Both the position numbers and the translations under genes were made by a program. 32,000 nucleotides of DNA from Flavobacteriaceae bacterium (GTDB taxonomy: Bacteria; Bacteroidota; Bacteroidia; Flavobacteriales; Flavobacteriaceae), in NCBI GenBank assembly GCA_965224465.1, contig OZ245049.1, forward strand, positions 4,290,001 to 4,322,000, given 5' to 3'. The notes beneath the pieces were generated by a model, which was not told the DNA's origin, did no database searches, and saw only the letters and a list, made by a program, of their open reading frames with translations. Shown piece after piece: positions 7,614-16,078 of the stretch (position 1 is its first letter; each line of letters begins with the position of its first letter).

Positions 7614-8333
7614 ATGAATAAAAAAACAATTTTTTTACTAGCTATTTTAATCAGTTTGGGGTTAAAATTATCGGCTCAAGAACAAACAAAATATGACATT
7701 AGTACCTTGCTAGGTGGTGTAGGTTTAACTTCTATATTAAGTGACATCAATAATTACACAAAGAATGAAAAGATAGAAAATGATAAAACAATCGTTTTTT
7801 ATAATATCTATGATTCACATTTTCTGTTTTTAGGTAATCCTGTTAAAAATGTAAAAGTAATAGTGAAAGAAGATCGTGTTCGTAAAATAATGTTTATTAT
7901 TGAAGAAAAGACTATTGATGCTCCTCAATTATCTTACTCTAATTTAAGTTATTTGGGTAGTGAAGAAGGAATTGTTGAAGGAGGCATTCCTTCTGGAATG
8001 GCAAATGAAAATTCAACAGCAACGCCAATAACAAATGAAGAGATAGTTGCTCGAGAAAAAATAAGAATCCAAAAAAAAGCAACGAGAAAAAGTATATTTA
8101 TCCAAGTTATTAATCAGAACACCCCCATAACTCATAAAACAAGGATCTTCCTTGACAATAATTACACTTTTGTGTATGGGCAACCATTGTGTCAATTTGA
8201 TTGTTCCGACTTATGGGAATCGAATTACACGAAAATATTCATAGAAAAAAATAATTATTTAGATGAAACAGGAAAGGATACAAAGGTCTTTATCCGTTCG
8301 TCTCTTATAATACAATCTACATTAACAGATTAA
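7614..8333 (+). CDS. Secreted hypothetical protein (signal peptide, no lipobox Cys)
   Basis: MNKKTIFLLAILISLGLKLSAQEQ resembles an SPase I signal. 239-aa ORF with no recognisable domain. Confidence 0.55.
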   Translation: MNKKTIFLLAILISLGLKLSAQEQTKYDISTLLGGVGLTSILSDINNYTKNEKIENDKTIVFYNIYDSHFLFLGNPVKNVKVIVKEDRVRKIMFIIEEKTIDAPQLSYSNLSYLGSEEGIVEGGIPSGMANENSTATPITNEEIVAREKIRIQKKATRKSIFIQVINQNTPITHKTRIFLDNNYTFVYGQPLCQFDCSDLWESNYTKIFIEKNNYLDETGKDTKVFIRSSLIIQSTLTD

Positions 8334-8452
8334 ATATCATTCGGTAGTGTAATAGGTGTTGGCATAGACCACAACAAAACCAACTATAAATACTGCCTAA
8401 AAATAAGCCCCGAAGCGGAAAAGTTAAATGCAGACCGTAGTGTTTCGGGGAG

Positions 8453-8604
8453 TAATACCAAATACATTTCCATTGACGGTTAAGAAATGGAATTATTTTT
8501 TTTTAGCTAGGCGGAAATTGGAAGGATAGCCTTAGTTAACGTTCTGTTTTTAATAACGCTAGAACGTAAAACAACTTATTTATATCGGTTATTTTGGATT
8601 GTAG
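8453..8604 (+). repeat. Structured intergenic repeat, copy a (full length)
   Basis: taataccaaatacatttcc..gacggtt.agaaatggaatt..agctaggcg..ggatagccttag..acgttctg...gctagaacgtaaaac...tatatcggttattttggattgta. Matches copies at 25757 and 26549 in the same orientation, and 13434, 18770 and 19664 in reverse complement. Confidence 0.85.
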
Positions 8605-8718
8605 GTTGGTGTTGCTTTGTTTTTATAGATGTTGTTTGTTTTTAAATAATATTAAATTCACTTTTAATTTCCGTTGCTTTACGCAATGTAAAATCCAAGG
8701 CAGTGTTAATGATTTCGA

Positions 8719-10461
8719 TTACAAAGTAAAATCTGAGAAATAGGTAATTATGTTTTTTAGGATATTTCCATTTTTATCATCTTCAAAGTTTTTTGTATGC
8801 TCTTGGGTGTCCATATATTTTAGAGATAGTAAAATTTCGGTTTCAATTTCCGTTTCGAATTTTTTTTCTTGGATGTATTTTTGAATATTTTTTATGAGTA
8901 GATCATTGTTTGTATTATAACCTTCGAGTTGAGTATCGGAACTAATTACCCTTGCCAAATGGATGTTTTTGACCTTTTCTAATAAACCCTTTACGATGTT
9001 AGTTTGTAAATCTGTAAGTTTATATGTTTTTATCATATAAGAAATATTTGGCAGGGCTATGTTTTTATGAATGTCATCGTAGCTGTATTTTTCAAAGAAT
9101 CGTTGTTTCTGCATTTGAAAAGGTAATTCCTTTTTTAATTTTTTGATATAAGATTTGTATTCCTTAATTTTGTTGACAGCTTCTTTATTAGATTTTTTGT
9201 AAAATCTAGGTATTGATAATGTGCTTATTGTCAATAAGATAACTGTTTCGTAATCGTGAGGTCTGTCTCTATGGTATATTTTCTCTGTTATTTTGTTTAA
9301 CATTGTTAGATACAGGAAGTTACTTGCTGTTTTGTTTCTGTAGGACCCTATTTCGTCAATTTTAGTTTCGTTTTTACTTTCAAAATAGTTGGTACATTTT
9401 AGCTTTTTTGGAATGGGTGTGTATGTTATTTCTTGTTTTTCAGATTGTTTATTCGCATCTATTTTATTGTTTATGTTCAATAATGTTAAGTAGCTTTTAC
9501 TCGTTTTTTGTGCTTTTTGAATATAGATCAAGGCATTTTTGTTGTCATTTATCAAATAATATGCGGTGGCTATATTTTCTAACGTCTTTAAATAAACTAC
9601 TCTCTGACGACGTTCCTCTAAGTCTAGGTTTTCGTTATATTCTTTCCATTTATTTATGGAATTCTTAACGTTTTCAATGTCATTATTTTTTATGAATATG
9701 GCAAATTCATTGAGGATGTTATTGTATTTTTTTAATTGTAGTTCTTGTTTTTTCCATTTTTTTATATAATAAAAACGGTAATAATTTTTTTTCTTACGAG
9801 TGTTAAAAGCACTTTTTATATAGCCAACTGCATTTCTTTTTAATTTATATATTTGTACATTATTTACAGGGTCTAAATATTCTGTAGCTACAATTTTTTC
9901 CCCGTTTGCATTCACTGTAAAAATGGAACTTATGGTGGAGCTTGTTACATTTTTAATAATTAGAATACTGTTTTTGGAGGTAGTGTTTGATTTGTATTTA
10001 AAGTTAGTTACATCATCTAAAGCAGAATATTTTAGGTTGGATAGTGGTGACAATTGTATAGATCGTTTAAAAAAGTATCCTTTTCCTCTTTCAGAAATAT
10101 ATTGTGTTGCAGTAATTTGTGATATGATAAGTATTTCTTTTGTTATTTTCCCAGTCCTATCTTTCTTTTCATTGATCTGAATTTCAGGTGCGGTATAATG
10201 GAGTTCTAATTCAGAAACAAAATTGGGATAAGCACGATTTTCACTTAATAAATCATTTTTGAAATCGAATGGATAAAGACCTAGGATGTCATTTATTTGG
10301 ATCTCCCTATCATTGGAAAAATGACTCGTTGCGAAAGTTTTTGGTTCCGTAAACTGAAATAATAGTGCTGGTACGTTAGTTTCAATGGTTATGGTTTTTG
10401 ATCGTGTAGATTGTGAAAAAGCGACATTGCTCATCATAATTAGTAGTAATAATATTCTCAT
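8719..10461 (-). CDS. Large secreted hypothetical protein (580 aa, Lys/Asn/Ile-rich)
   Basis: Long ORF with an N-terminal signal peptide, MRILLLLIMMSNVAFSQS. No domain recognised. One segment (ENIATAYYLINDNKNALIYIQKAQK) looks TPR-like. Confidence 0.6.
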   Translation of the reverse strand: MRILLLLIMMSNVAFSQSTRSKTITIETNVPALLFQFTEPKTFATSHFSNDREIQINDILGLYPFDFKNDLLSENRAYPNFVSELELHYTAPEIQINEKKDRTGKITKEILIISQITATQYISERGKGYFFKRSIQLSPLSNLKYSALDDVTNFKYKSNTTSKNSILIIKNVTSSTISSIFTVNANGEKIVATEYLDPVNNVQIYKLKRNAVGYIKSAFNTRKKKNYYRFYYIKKWKKQELQLKKYNNILNEFAIFIKNNDIENVKNSINKWKEYNENLDLEERRQRVVYLKTLENIATAYYLINDNKNALIYIQKAQKTSKSYLTLLNINNKIDANKQSEKQEITYTPIPKKLKCTNYFESKNETKIDEIGSYRNKTASNFLYLTMLNKITEKIYHRDRPHDYETVILLTISTLSIPRFYKKSNKEAVNKIKEYKSYIKKLKKELPFQMQKQRFFEKYSYDDIHKNIALPNISYMIKTYKLTDLQTNIVKGLLEKVKNIHLARVISSDTQLEGYNTNNDLLIKNIQKYIQEKKFETEIETEILLSLKYMDTQEHTKNFEDDKNGNILKNIITYFSDFTL

Positions 10462-11269
10462 AGTTTTTTTTCGGAAGATAATTAAAAAAACATAAGAGAG
10501 TGTCTGAATTGCTGTTTTTTAAGGTAGATCTATTTGTAAATCAGTAAATTATAGTGTGTTTTTTATTGTTTTAGGAACAGGGGTGAACGGTTTTATGAAA
10601 TATTTGAGGGATATTTTCAAGCTTATATTACTTTTTTTTATGGAGGTAATATGTTCTCCTATTTTTTCAAGATATTAACATGGGCTTAGATTTGAAACAA
10701 TTGGTTACTTTTTGCATTCTTAAATTTTTCCCGCTTGATTATTATTAAAAGATACATGTGATTGCTTTATGATATTGAGAAAAAAGGTGATTGTGTTTTT
10801 CTAATTCAACTGCAGGGTCTTGCTTATCTATTTTTTTATTACAACGGTTACTGGTTGAAAAGTTAATTTTCTCTAATTTCGGATCTCGATTTGAATTTAT
10901 TTTCGAATCTCAATATTTAAGCAATGAGAAACAAAGTTTTGGAATGTTTTTGGATTCTTCTCCTGATGGCTGGGCTATGGATTTCTAATATTTTAATTCT
11001 AAATTTACATTTGCGTTAGGGATAGCAGCGGCATCCTTTTTTGTTTTTTATAAAAAAGATATAGCGGATAGCCCGACCCTTGGGGAACGCCCAAAATTGA
11101 GAGATAGATAGGAGAAATTAGAGTTGAGTATGGATTGCTGTGAAATATACTATTGGAAAAGGAAGGGGTTTACGAATCATAAAATAGGTGCTTTCACAGC
11201 AATACTTACCTCGTAAAAATTTAAAAAGGAACTTGTTTAAAACAGGATAACTGTAAAGGATGCTGTTGC

Positions 11270-11312
11270 TAAAAACAAGAAACCCTCACAAACGCTAGGT
11301 TGGTGAGGGTGT
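11270..11312 (-). terminator. Rho-independent terminator of ssrA
   Basis: On the minus strand, a ccctcac/gtgaggg stem (11283-11289 with 11303-11309) directly after the tmRNA 3' end, followed by tttcttgttttt. Confidence 0.7.
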
Positions 11313-11313
11313 T

Positions 11314-11707
11314 TAGTGGAGACGCCGGGAATCGAACCCGGGTCCAAACAAGCAGCCAAAAAGCCTTCTACATGCTTAGTTTTTTCTTAATTTTCGACTT
11401 AGAGCTGATTAAAAACAATCCACAAAAAGCTTATTCTCTTAAGTTTCAAAAAATAATCGAGATGCTTACTTTTCTATGTTAACATTTACGATGCCTCTAT
11501 ATTGAACGCCGCTAACCAAGGCTTTCATGAGACATTTAGCTTGCGCACCTAGTGCGCCGAGGCTCATCCTACTGTAATTCGGATTAAGCAGCCAAAGCGT
11601 AGTTATCTTCGCCGTGTAAAAAATTGAAATTGAGATTTACGAGTGCTATTTCATAACTCGACATGCTTACATTTTCTCTGATCTCGCTGTCAAAACCAGT
11701 CGTCCCC
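11314..11707 (-). ncRNA. ssrA: tmRNA (transfer-messenger RNA)
   Basis: The reverse complement starts GGGGACGACTGGTTTTGACAGCG and ends GGACCCGGGTTCGATTCCCGGCGTCTCCA, giving a tRNA-like acceptor and T-arm. The internal tag ORF ggc gaa gat aac tac gct ttg gct gct taa encodes GEDNYALAA (11584-11613 on minus). Length is about 394 nt. Confidence 0.95.
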
Positions 11708-11959
11708 AATATGTGTATGATCTTGTTCCTCTAATTATAAAGGACTGCAAAAGTACTAAAAAAATCTATACAATTATAAATTTGTAGGTTTCTTTATTTT
11801 CAGATATATTAGCACAATATTTATACCAAAGCGGAAGTTGTTTTATAAATGTTTAAATAGTTAGACTACTTGGTTGTAGAATAGGTGTTTATTAATAATA
11901 TAACCCAATTGTAGTGATGTTAAAACCTGCAATTTTTACATGTAAATCAAAGATATTTT

Positions 11960-13171
11960 ATGAAAATAGGCATTATCAAAGAAAGAAAATCACCACCAGA
12001 TAAGCGCGTAGTATTATCGCCTCAAAAATGCAAAGAGTTATTGAATACTTTTTCTGAATTGGAAATTGTAGTAGAAAGTTCTGATATTCGTGCTTTTTCT
12101 GATCAGGATTATTTAGATGTAGGAATACAAGTGGTAGATAATGTGGATGATTGTGATGTGCTTTTGGGAGTAAAAGAAGTGCCGATTGATGCATTAATAC
12201 CTCATAAAAAATATTTTTTCTTTTCGCATACAATTAAAAAACAATCCTATAGTAGGGACTTGTTGCAAGCTATTTTGAAGAAAGGCATTCAGTTGTACGA
12301 TCATGAAGTAATAACCAATAGTAAAGGGCAGCGTTTGGTTGCTTTTGGAAGGTATGCAGGAATTGTTGGTACGTATAATGGCTTTAGAACTTATGGGTTA
12401 AAATTTGATTTATTTGCTTTACCTAAAGCGGAAACACTTAAAAGTCAAGAAGAATTAATTTCTGAGTTGCGTCTTATTAAAGATAAATTGGTACGTGCAA
12501 AAATTGTATTGACAGGATGTGGGCGTGTAGGAAATGGTGCCAAAGAAATGCTGGATGGTATGGGGATAGAAGAGGTGTCTGTAGATGCGTATTTGAATAC
12601 TGTTTTTTCAGAACCTGTATATGTACAGATAGATGTCTTAGATTACAATAAACGAAAAGATAATAAAACGATAGATAATCAAGATTTTTATGAGAATGCG
12701 AGTGCTTATGTAAGTGACTTTATGCGTTTTGCAAAGGTGAGTGACTTTTATATAGCTGGACACTTTTTTGGAGATGGAGCTCCTTATATATTTACGAGAG
12801 ACGATGCTAAATCTCCTGATTTTAATATTAAGGTAGTGGCAGATATTAGTTGTGATATTGATGGTCCTGTGGCATCAACAATAAGACCTTCAATAATTGC
12901 AGAACCTATTTATGGGTATTTACCAATGTCAGAGCAAGAGGTGTATTTTAAGAACGAGCATGCTATTGCTGTTATGGCAGTGGATAATTTACCTTGTGAA
13001 CTTCCAATTGATGCTTCGGAAGGGTTTGGTACCAGTTTTGCTGAACATGTGATTCCTGCATTTTTTAATAATGATAAAGATGGAGTTTTGGAAAGAGCCT
13101 GCATGACAAAAGAAGGGAAACTAACAAAGCATTTTCTGTATTTACAGGATTTTGTAAATGATAAAGTATGA
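11960..13171 (+). CDS. AlaDH/PNT-family NAD(P) dehydrogenase, saccharopine dehydrogenase (L-lysine-forming)-like
   Basis: 403-aa ORF. The N-terminus MKIGIIKERKSPPDKRVVLSP and the central Rossmann-type VLTGCGRVGNGA are typical of the alanine dehydrogenase / saccharopine dehydrogenase family. Confidence 0.55.
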   Translation: MKIGIIKERKSPPDKRVVLSPQKCKELLNTFSELEIVVESSDIRAFSDQDYLDVGIQVVDNVDDCDVLLGVKEVPIDALIPHKKYFFFSHTIKKQSYSRDLLQAILKKGIQLYDHEVITNSKGQRLVAFGRYAGIVGTYNGFRTYGLKFDLFALPKAETLKSQEELISELRLIKDKLVRAKIVLTGCGRVGNGAKEMLDGMGIEEVSVDAYLNTVFSEPVYVQIDVLDYNKRKDNKTIDNQDFYENASAYVSDFMRFAKVSDFYIAGHFFGDGAPYIFTRDDAKSPDFNIKVVADISCDIDGPVASTIRPSIIAEPIYGYLPMSEQEVYFKNEHAIAVMAVDNLPCELPIDASEGFGTSFAEHVIPAFFNNDKDGVLERACMTKEGKLTKHFLYLQDFVNDKV

Positions 13172-13386
13172 ACGTCACTCCCAGTTTTAATTTAGAAGAT
13201 GTAGCCAAGGCAATAATGCCTTTTGGTAAATACAAAGGAAGGTATCTTATAAACCTGCCCGAATATTATATTGTATGGTACAGAAACAAAGGATTTCCCA
13301 AAGGTAAACTTGGTGATATGATGGGGCTGGTATACGAATTACAATTAAATGGGCTAGAAGATTTAGTGCGCAAGTTACAGCCATAA
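13168..13386 (+). CDS. DUF3820 family protein
   Basis: 72 aa with MPFGKYKGRYLINLPEYYIVWYRNKGFPKGKLG, characteristic of DUF3820. The start overlaps the upstream stop (ATGA). Confidence 0.65.
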   Translation: MNVTPSFNLEDVAKAIMPFGKYKGRYLINLPEYYIVWYRNKGFPKGKLGDMMGLVYELQLNGLEDLVRKLQP

Positions 13387-13388
13387 TA

Positions 13389-13426
13389 AAATCCATCGCT
13401 ACAGTATGTGGCGATGGATTTTTAGT
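13389..13426. terminator. Rho-independent terminator between convergent genes
   Basis: Stem atccatcgc (13391-13399) pairs with gcgatggat (13411-13419), followed by tttt. Confidence 0.7.
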
Positions 13427-13433
13427 TTTTTAT

Positions 13434-13535
13434 TCCAATCCAAAATAACCGATATAAATAGTTTATTTTACGTTCTAGCGTTGTAAAAAATAATTCCATT
13501 TCTAAACCGTCACTCGGAAATGTATTTGGTATTAC
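13434..13535 (-). repeat. Structured intergenic repeat, copy b (short variant lacking the central ~52 nt)
   Basis: The reverse complement reads gtaataccaaatacatttccgagtgacggtttagaaatggaattattttttacaacgctagaacgtaaaataaactatttatatcggttattttggattgg. The agctagg...ggatagcc...acgttctg core is absent. Confidence 0.8.
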
Positions 13536-14884
13536 TCCCAGTCTATTTTTCTTGAGACATACATAACCATTGCTAAAATTAGAAATAAACCAATACTTCC
13601 AGTCAGTAGTGCATAGTTTTCGAGTTGTATAATAGTAAATATAAAACCGTATAATGCAGTTAGCGATAGCGCAATAAAAAGAGGGAATTTTGTGTTTTTT
13701 AAAATAGATTTTGAGTATAAACTGATAAGTAAAATAGTAGAACTACTTGAAATTAAATAGGCTTTAAAGAAGTTACTGTGCTCAGAAATAGAGATGAGTA
13801 AGGTGTAGAATAAAACCAGTGCCAAACCAATCATGATGTATTGAAAAGGATGGATTTTTATTTTACTAATGGTTTGGATAAGGAAAAACACAAGGAAGGT
13901 GAGTGCAATTACTAAATAACCATATTTTGCTGTTCGTTCGTTTTGTTGGTATTGATTTACCGGTATTTTAAAATTGACACCCATGGCATATTTATTGAGG
14001 TTGGGAATATTTTTATGAAATACCTGAGGGAAAGGGCGGTTTATGTGTAGTACTTTCCATTTTGCATCGAAGCCATCTTTTGTTATTTTATCAGAATTAT
14101 AGGGTAAGAATTCCCCTATAAAATTAGCGGTTTTCCAATTCGATTTTATGTTGAGGAGTGTTTTCTTTCCTATTGGGATGATCCTAAATTGTTCAATTCC
14201 ACTTATATTTAATTGCATGCTAAAAGGTGTGGTATCTTGTTGTAATTTAGGATCCAGTTGTATTTTTTTTGTTTCAAGTGTGTGTAATTTTACATTTCCA
14301 CTAGCCATGTTTTCATCGGAATACTTTGAGATAAAGACGTTGTCTTTGTTTGCTATTTGTATGCTTATTTCGTTTGTAATACCTTTTAAATTGGTGGTTT
14401 TAAATATAAAACTAGCCTCATTCCAACAAATATCATTTTCTGAAATAGAAGCATCGAATTTAAGTTCTCCAAAGCTCCCCGTTATTTTATTGGTTCCTTT
14501 ATAGACGGATGCTTCGTAAATTCCTCTTCTTTTCTCTTTGTTTTTAATTGTACTGTCTACTGTCAGTTCTTTTGGGAAAAAATAATAATATTGTGTATGT
14601 TTATGTTTTTTTATCTGTTTTTCTTTATCTATAGTAATAGTTTCCTCCGTATAATAGTTATAGGGTACTTTTAAAATAGGTCCATATAGTAACACTTCTG
14701 TTCCCCATTTATTGTTGATTTCTTTGACCACTATTTCTTGCCTGTAGGATCTTTCTAGGATTAAACTTTTGATGTAAGAAAGAGGGATAAGGAGAACTAA
14801 AATTAAAAAACCTACAGTTAACATTCTTGCAGATATTGAATTTTTTGCCCAATTTCCAATTTTACTTTTTGTTGTTGATTTCAT
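13532..14884 (-). CDS. creD: Cell envelope integrity protein CreD
   Basis: 450 aa. It has an N-terminal TM helix, a large periplasmic region and a C-terminal cluster of TM helices. The N-terminal LLIPL..I..LI.ER motif is typical of the CreD family. Confidence 0.75.
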   Translation of the reverse strand: MKSTTKSKIGNWAKNSISARMLTVGFLILVLLIPLSYIKSLILERSYRQEIVVKEINNKWGTEVLLYGPILKVPYNYYTEETITIDKEKQIKKHKHTQYYYFFPKELTVDSTIKNKEKRRGIYEASVYKGTNKITGSFGELKFDASISENDICWNEASFIFKTTNLKGITNEISIQIANKDNVFISKYSDENMASGNVKLHTLETKKIQLDPKLQQDTTPFSMQLNISGIEQFRIIPIGKKTLLNIKSNWKTANFIGEFLPYNSDKITKDGFDAKWKVLHINRPFPQVFHKNIPNLNKYAMGVNFKIPVNQYQQNERTAKYGYLVIALTFLVFFLIQTISKIKIHPFQYIMIGLALVLFYTLLISISEHSNFFKAYLISSSSTILLISLYSKSILKNTKFPLFIALSLTALYGFIFTIIQLENYALLTGSIGLFLILAMVMYVSRKIDWE

Positions 14885-14937
14885 TTTTTTTACGAATTAA
14901 AAGTACTTTGAATTTCAAAGTATGTGAATAAATTTTT

Positions 14938-15234
14938 TTATTTAAGTTTTATTAATTTTTCTAAAGCAATGATGTGTTTTCTGAATGCCACAGTTCCTTC
15001 TGTAGTTATCGCATAGCTTGTATTGGGTTTTCTTTCGATAAATTGCTTTCGTACCAATATATAGCTTACTTTTTCTAAAGATTTGATGTGGCTGGCTAAA
15101 TTCCCATCGGTAGCACCTAGGAGTTCTTTAAGTTCGTTAAACGTAATAGATTCATGGACGCTTAATGCGGACATAATTCCTAGTCTAATGCGGTGGTCAA
15201 ATGTTTTATTGATATGTGTAAGTATATTTTTCAA
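14938..15234 (-). CDS. Small winged-helix transcriptional regulator
   Basis: 98 aa. RLGIMSAL....ITFNELKELLGATDGNLASHIKSLEK..Y is a wHTH pattern. Co-directional with creD and the membrane protein upstream. Confidence 0.6.
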   Translation of the reverse strand: MKNILTHINKTFDHRIRLGIMSALSVHESITFNELKELLGATDGNLASHIKSLEKVSYILVRKQFIERKPNTSYAITTEGTVAFRKHIIALEKLIKLK

Positions 15235-15262
15235 ACTATAAGAGTGCTTTTTTTAAATGAAT

Positions 15263-15913
15263 TTACGAAATACGTTGGTCGTATTTAAAGTGCATAAAAG
15301 TACCATAAATTATATGAAAACAGCCAAATCCTACTGCCCAGAAATAGAGTCCGTAACCTATAAATTGAGTAGCTATGAATCCTAGTATGATTACAGAAAT
15401 TCCTAAATAACGGATAGTTCCAATGGTGTACTTGCTAGCGTTAACACAAGATAAGCCGTAAAAAATAAGCGTGCTTGGTGCGATAAGTCCTATCATACCG
15501 TAATCTAAAAGAACAAGGACAAAAAAGCCTCCAGTTGCTAATGGAATTGTGAAATTTATGAGCAATCGTTTGGTGCTGCTATCCCAAATGTTTTCCTGGC
15601 TTTTTTTTGCCTTTTTGACAGTGAGAATAATTCCTGTAATTATAGAGGCGCCCGCAACAATAAGCCCGATGATGAATAAATAATTTTCTAAATACAAATT
15701 TTGTGTATAGCTAAGGAGTTCTTCCGAATTGTAGTGGTTTAGAATTAGGTAATGTGCTATTCCAGCTCCAATCAATGCATAAATTCCTGCTAGGATTCCT
15801 GAGAGTCCACTTAGTGAAATAAACCGTGAAGATTTATTTAAAATCGATTTTATTTCTGAAATATCTTCTAGATAATCTGCTTTTTCCATTCTATAGAGTA
15901 CTTTGAAATGCAA
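15263..15913 (-). CDS. Polytopic membrane protein, unknown function
   Basis: 216-aa ORF with several hydrophobic helices. An alternative start at MEKADYLED (15889) is possible. Confidence 0.55.
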   Translation of the reverse strand: MHFKVLYRMEKADYLEDISEIKSILNKSSRFISLSGLSGILAGIYALIGAGIAHYLILNHYNSEELLSYTQNLYLENYLFIIGLIVAGASIITGIILTVKKAKKSQENIWDSSTKRLLINFTIPLATGGFFVLVLLDYGMIGLIAPSTLIFYGLSCVNASKYTIGTIRYLGISVIILGFIATQFIGYGLYFWAVGFGCFHIIYGTFMHFKYDQRIS

Positions 15914-16078
15914 AGTTAATCAAAATCAATCTATTCTCCAAGCTAAATTATTTAATATTTTTTACGGAAAACTTTTCAACAAATAATGTTATTAACTAAT
16001 TGATCTATTGTGATGATGGAACTCATTTATTTTCTAATTTTATTGACGGAAAATTACATAAGAAATAAATTATAAACA

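Noticed and set aside
1-8333. Assigning the B family to Rhs, CdiA, MafB, T6SS or T9SS cargo
   Set aside because: I could not see YD repeats, VENN or PxxxxDPxGL junction motifs, PAAR or VgrG sequence, or a T9SS C-terminal sorting domain. No secretion-system genes are in the window. The toxin interpretation rests on architecture only.
9408-10180. Two + strand ORFs (9408-9668 and 9923-10180) antisense to the 580-aa gene
   Set aside because: Both are fully embedded in a much longer ORF with a signal peptide on the other strand, and their sequence is low-complexity and Phe/Leu/Ser-rich. These are shadow ORFs.
10791-10988. 65-aa ORF with a TTG/GTG-type start in the gene-free gap
   Set aside because: It has no ATG start, no recognisable features and low-complexity sequence. 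I also translated the opposite strand here and found only short open stretches with no integrase-like or transposase-like motifs.
1-11313. Integrase, transposase or duplicated ssrA 3' fragment marking island borders
   Set aside because: None is visible in the window by eye, so the island hypothesis remains an inference and is scored accordingly.
11300-11482. 60-aa ORF on the + strand
   Set aside because: It lies entirely within the tmRNA gene on the opposite strand, so it is an artefact.
15914-16078. Cobalamin riboswitch upstream of the B12-dependent nrdJ
   Set aside because: The 165-nt leader is AT-rich. I could not find a B12-box-like conserved core or a GC-rich multi-stem structure.
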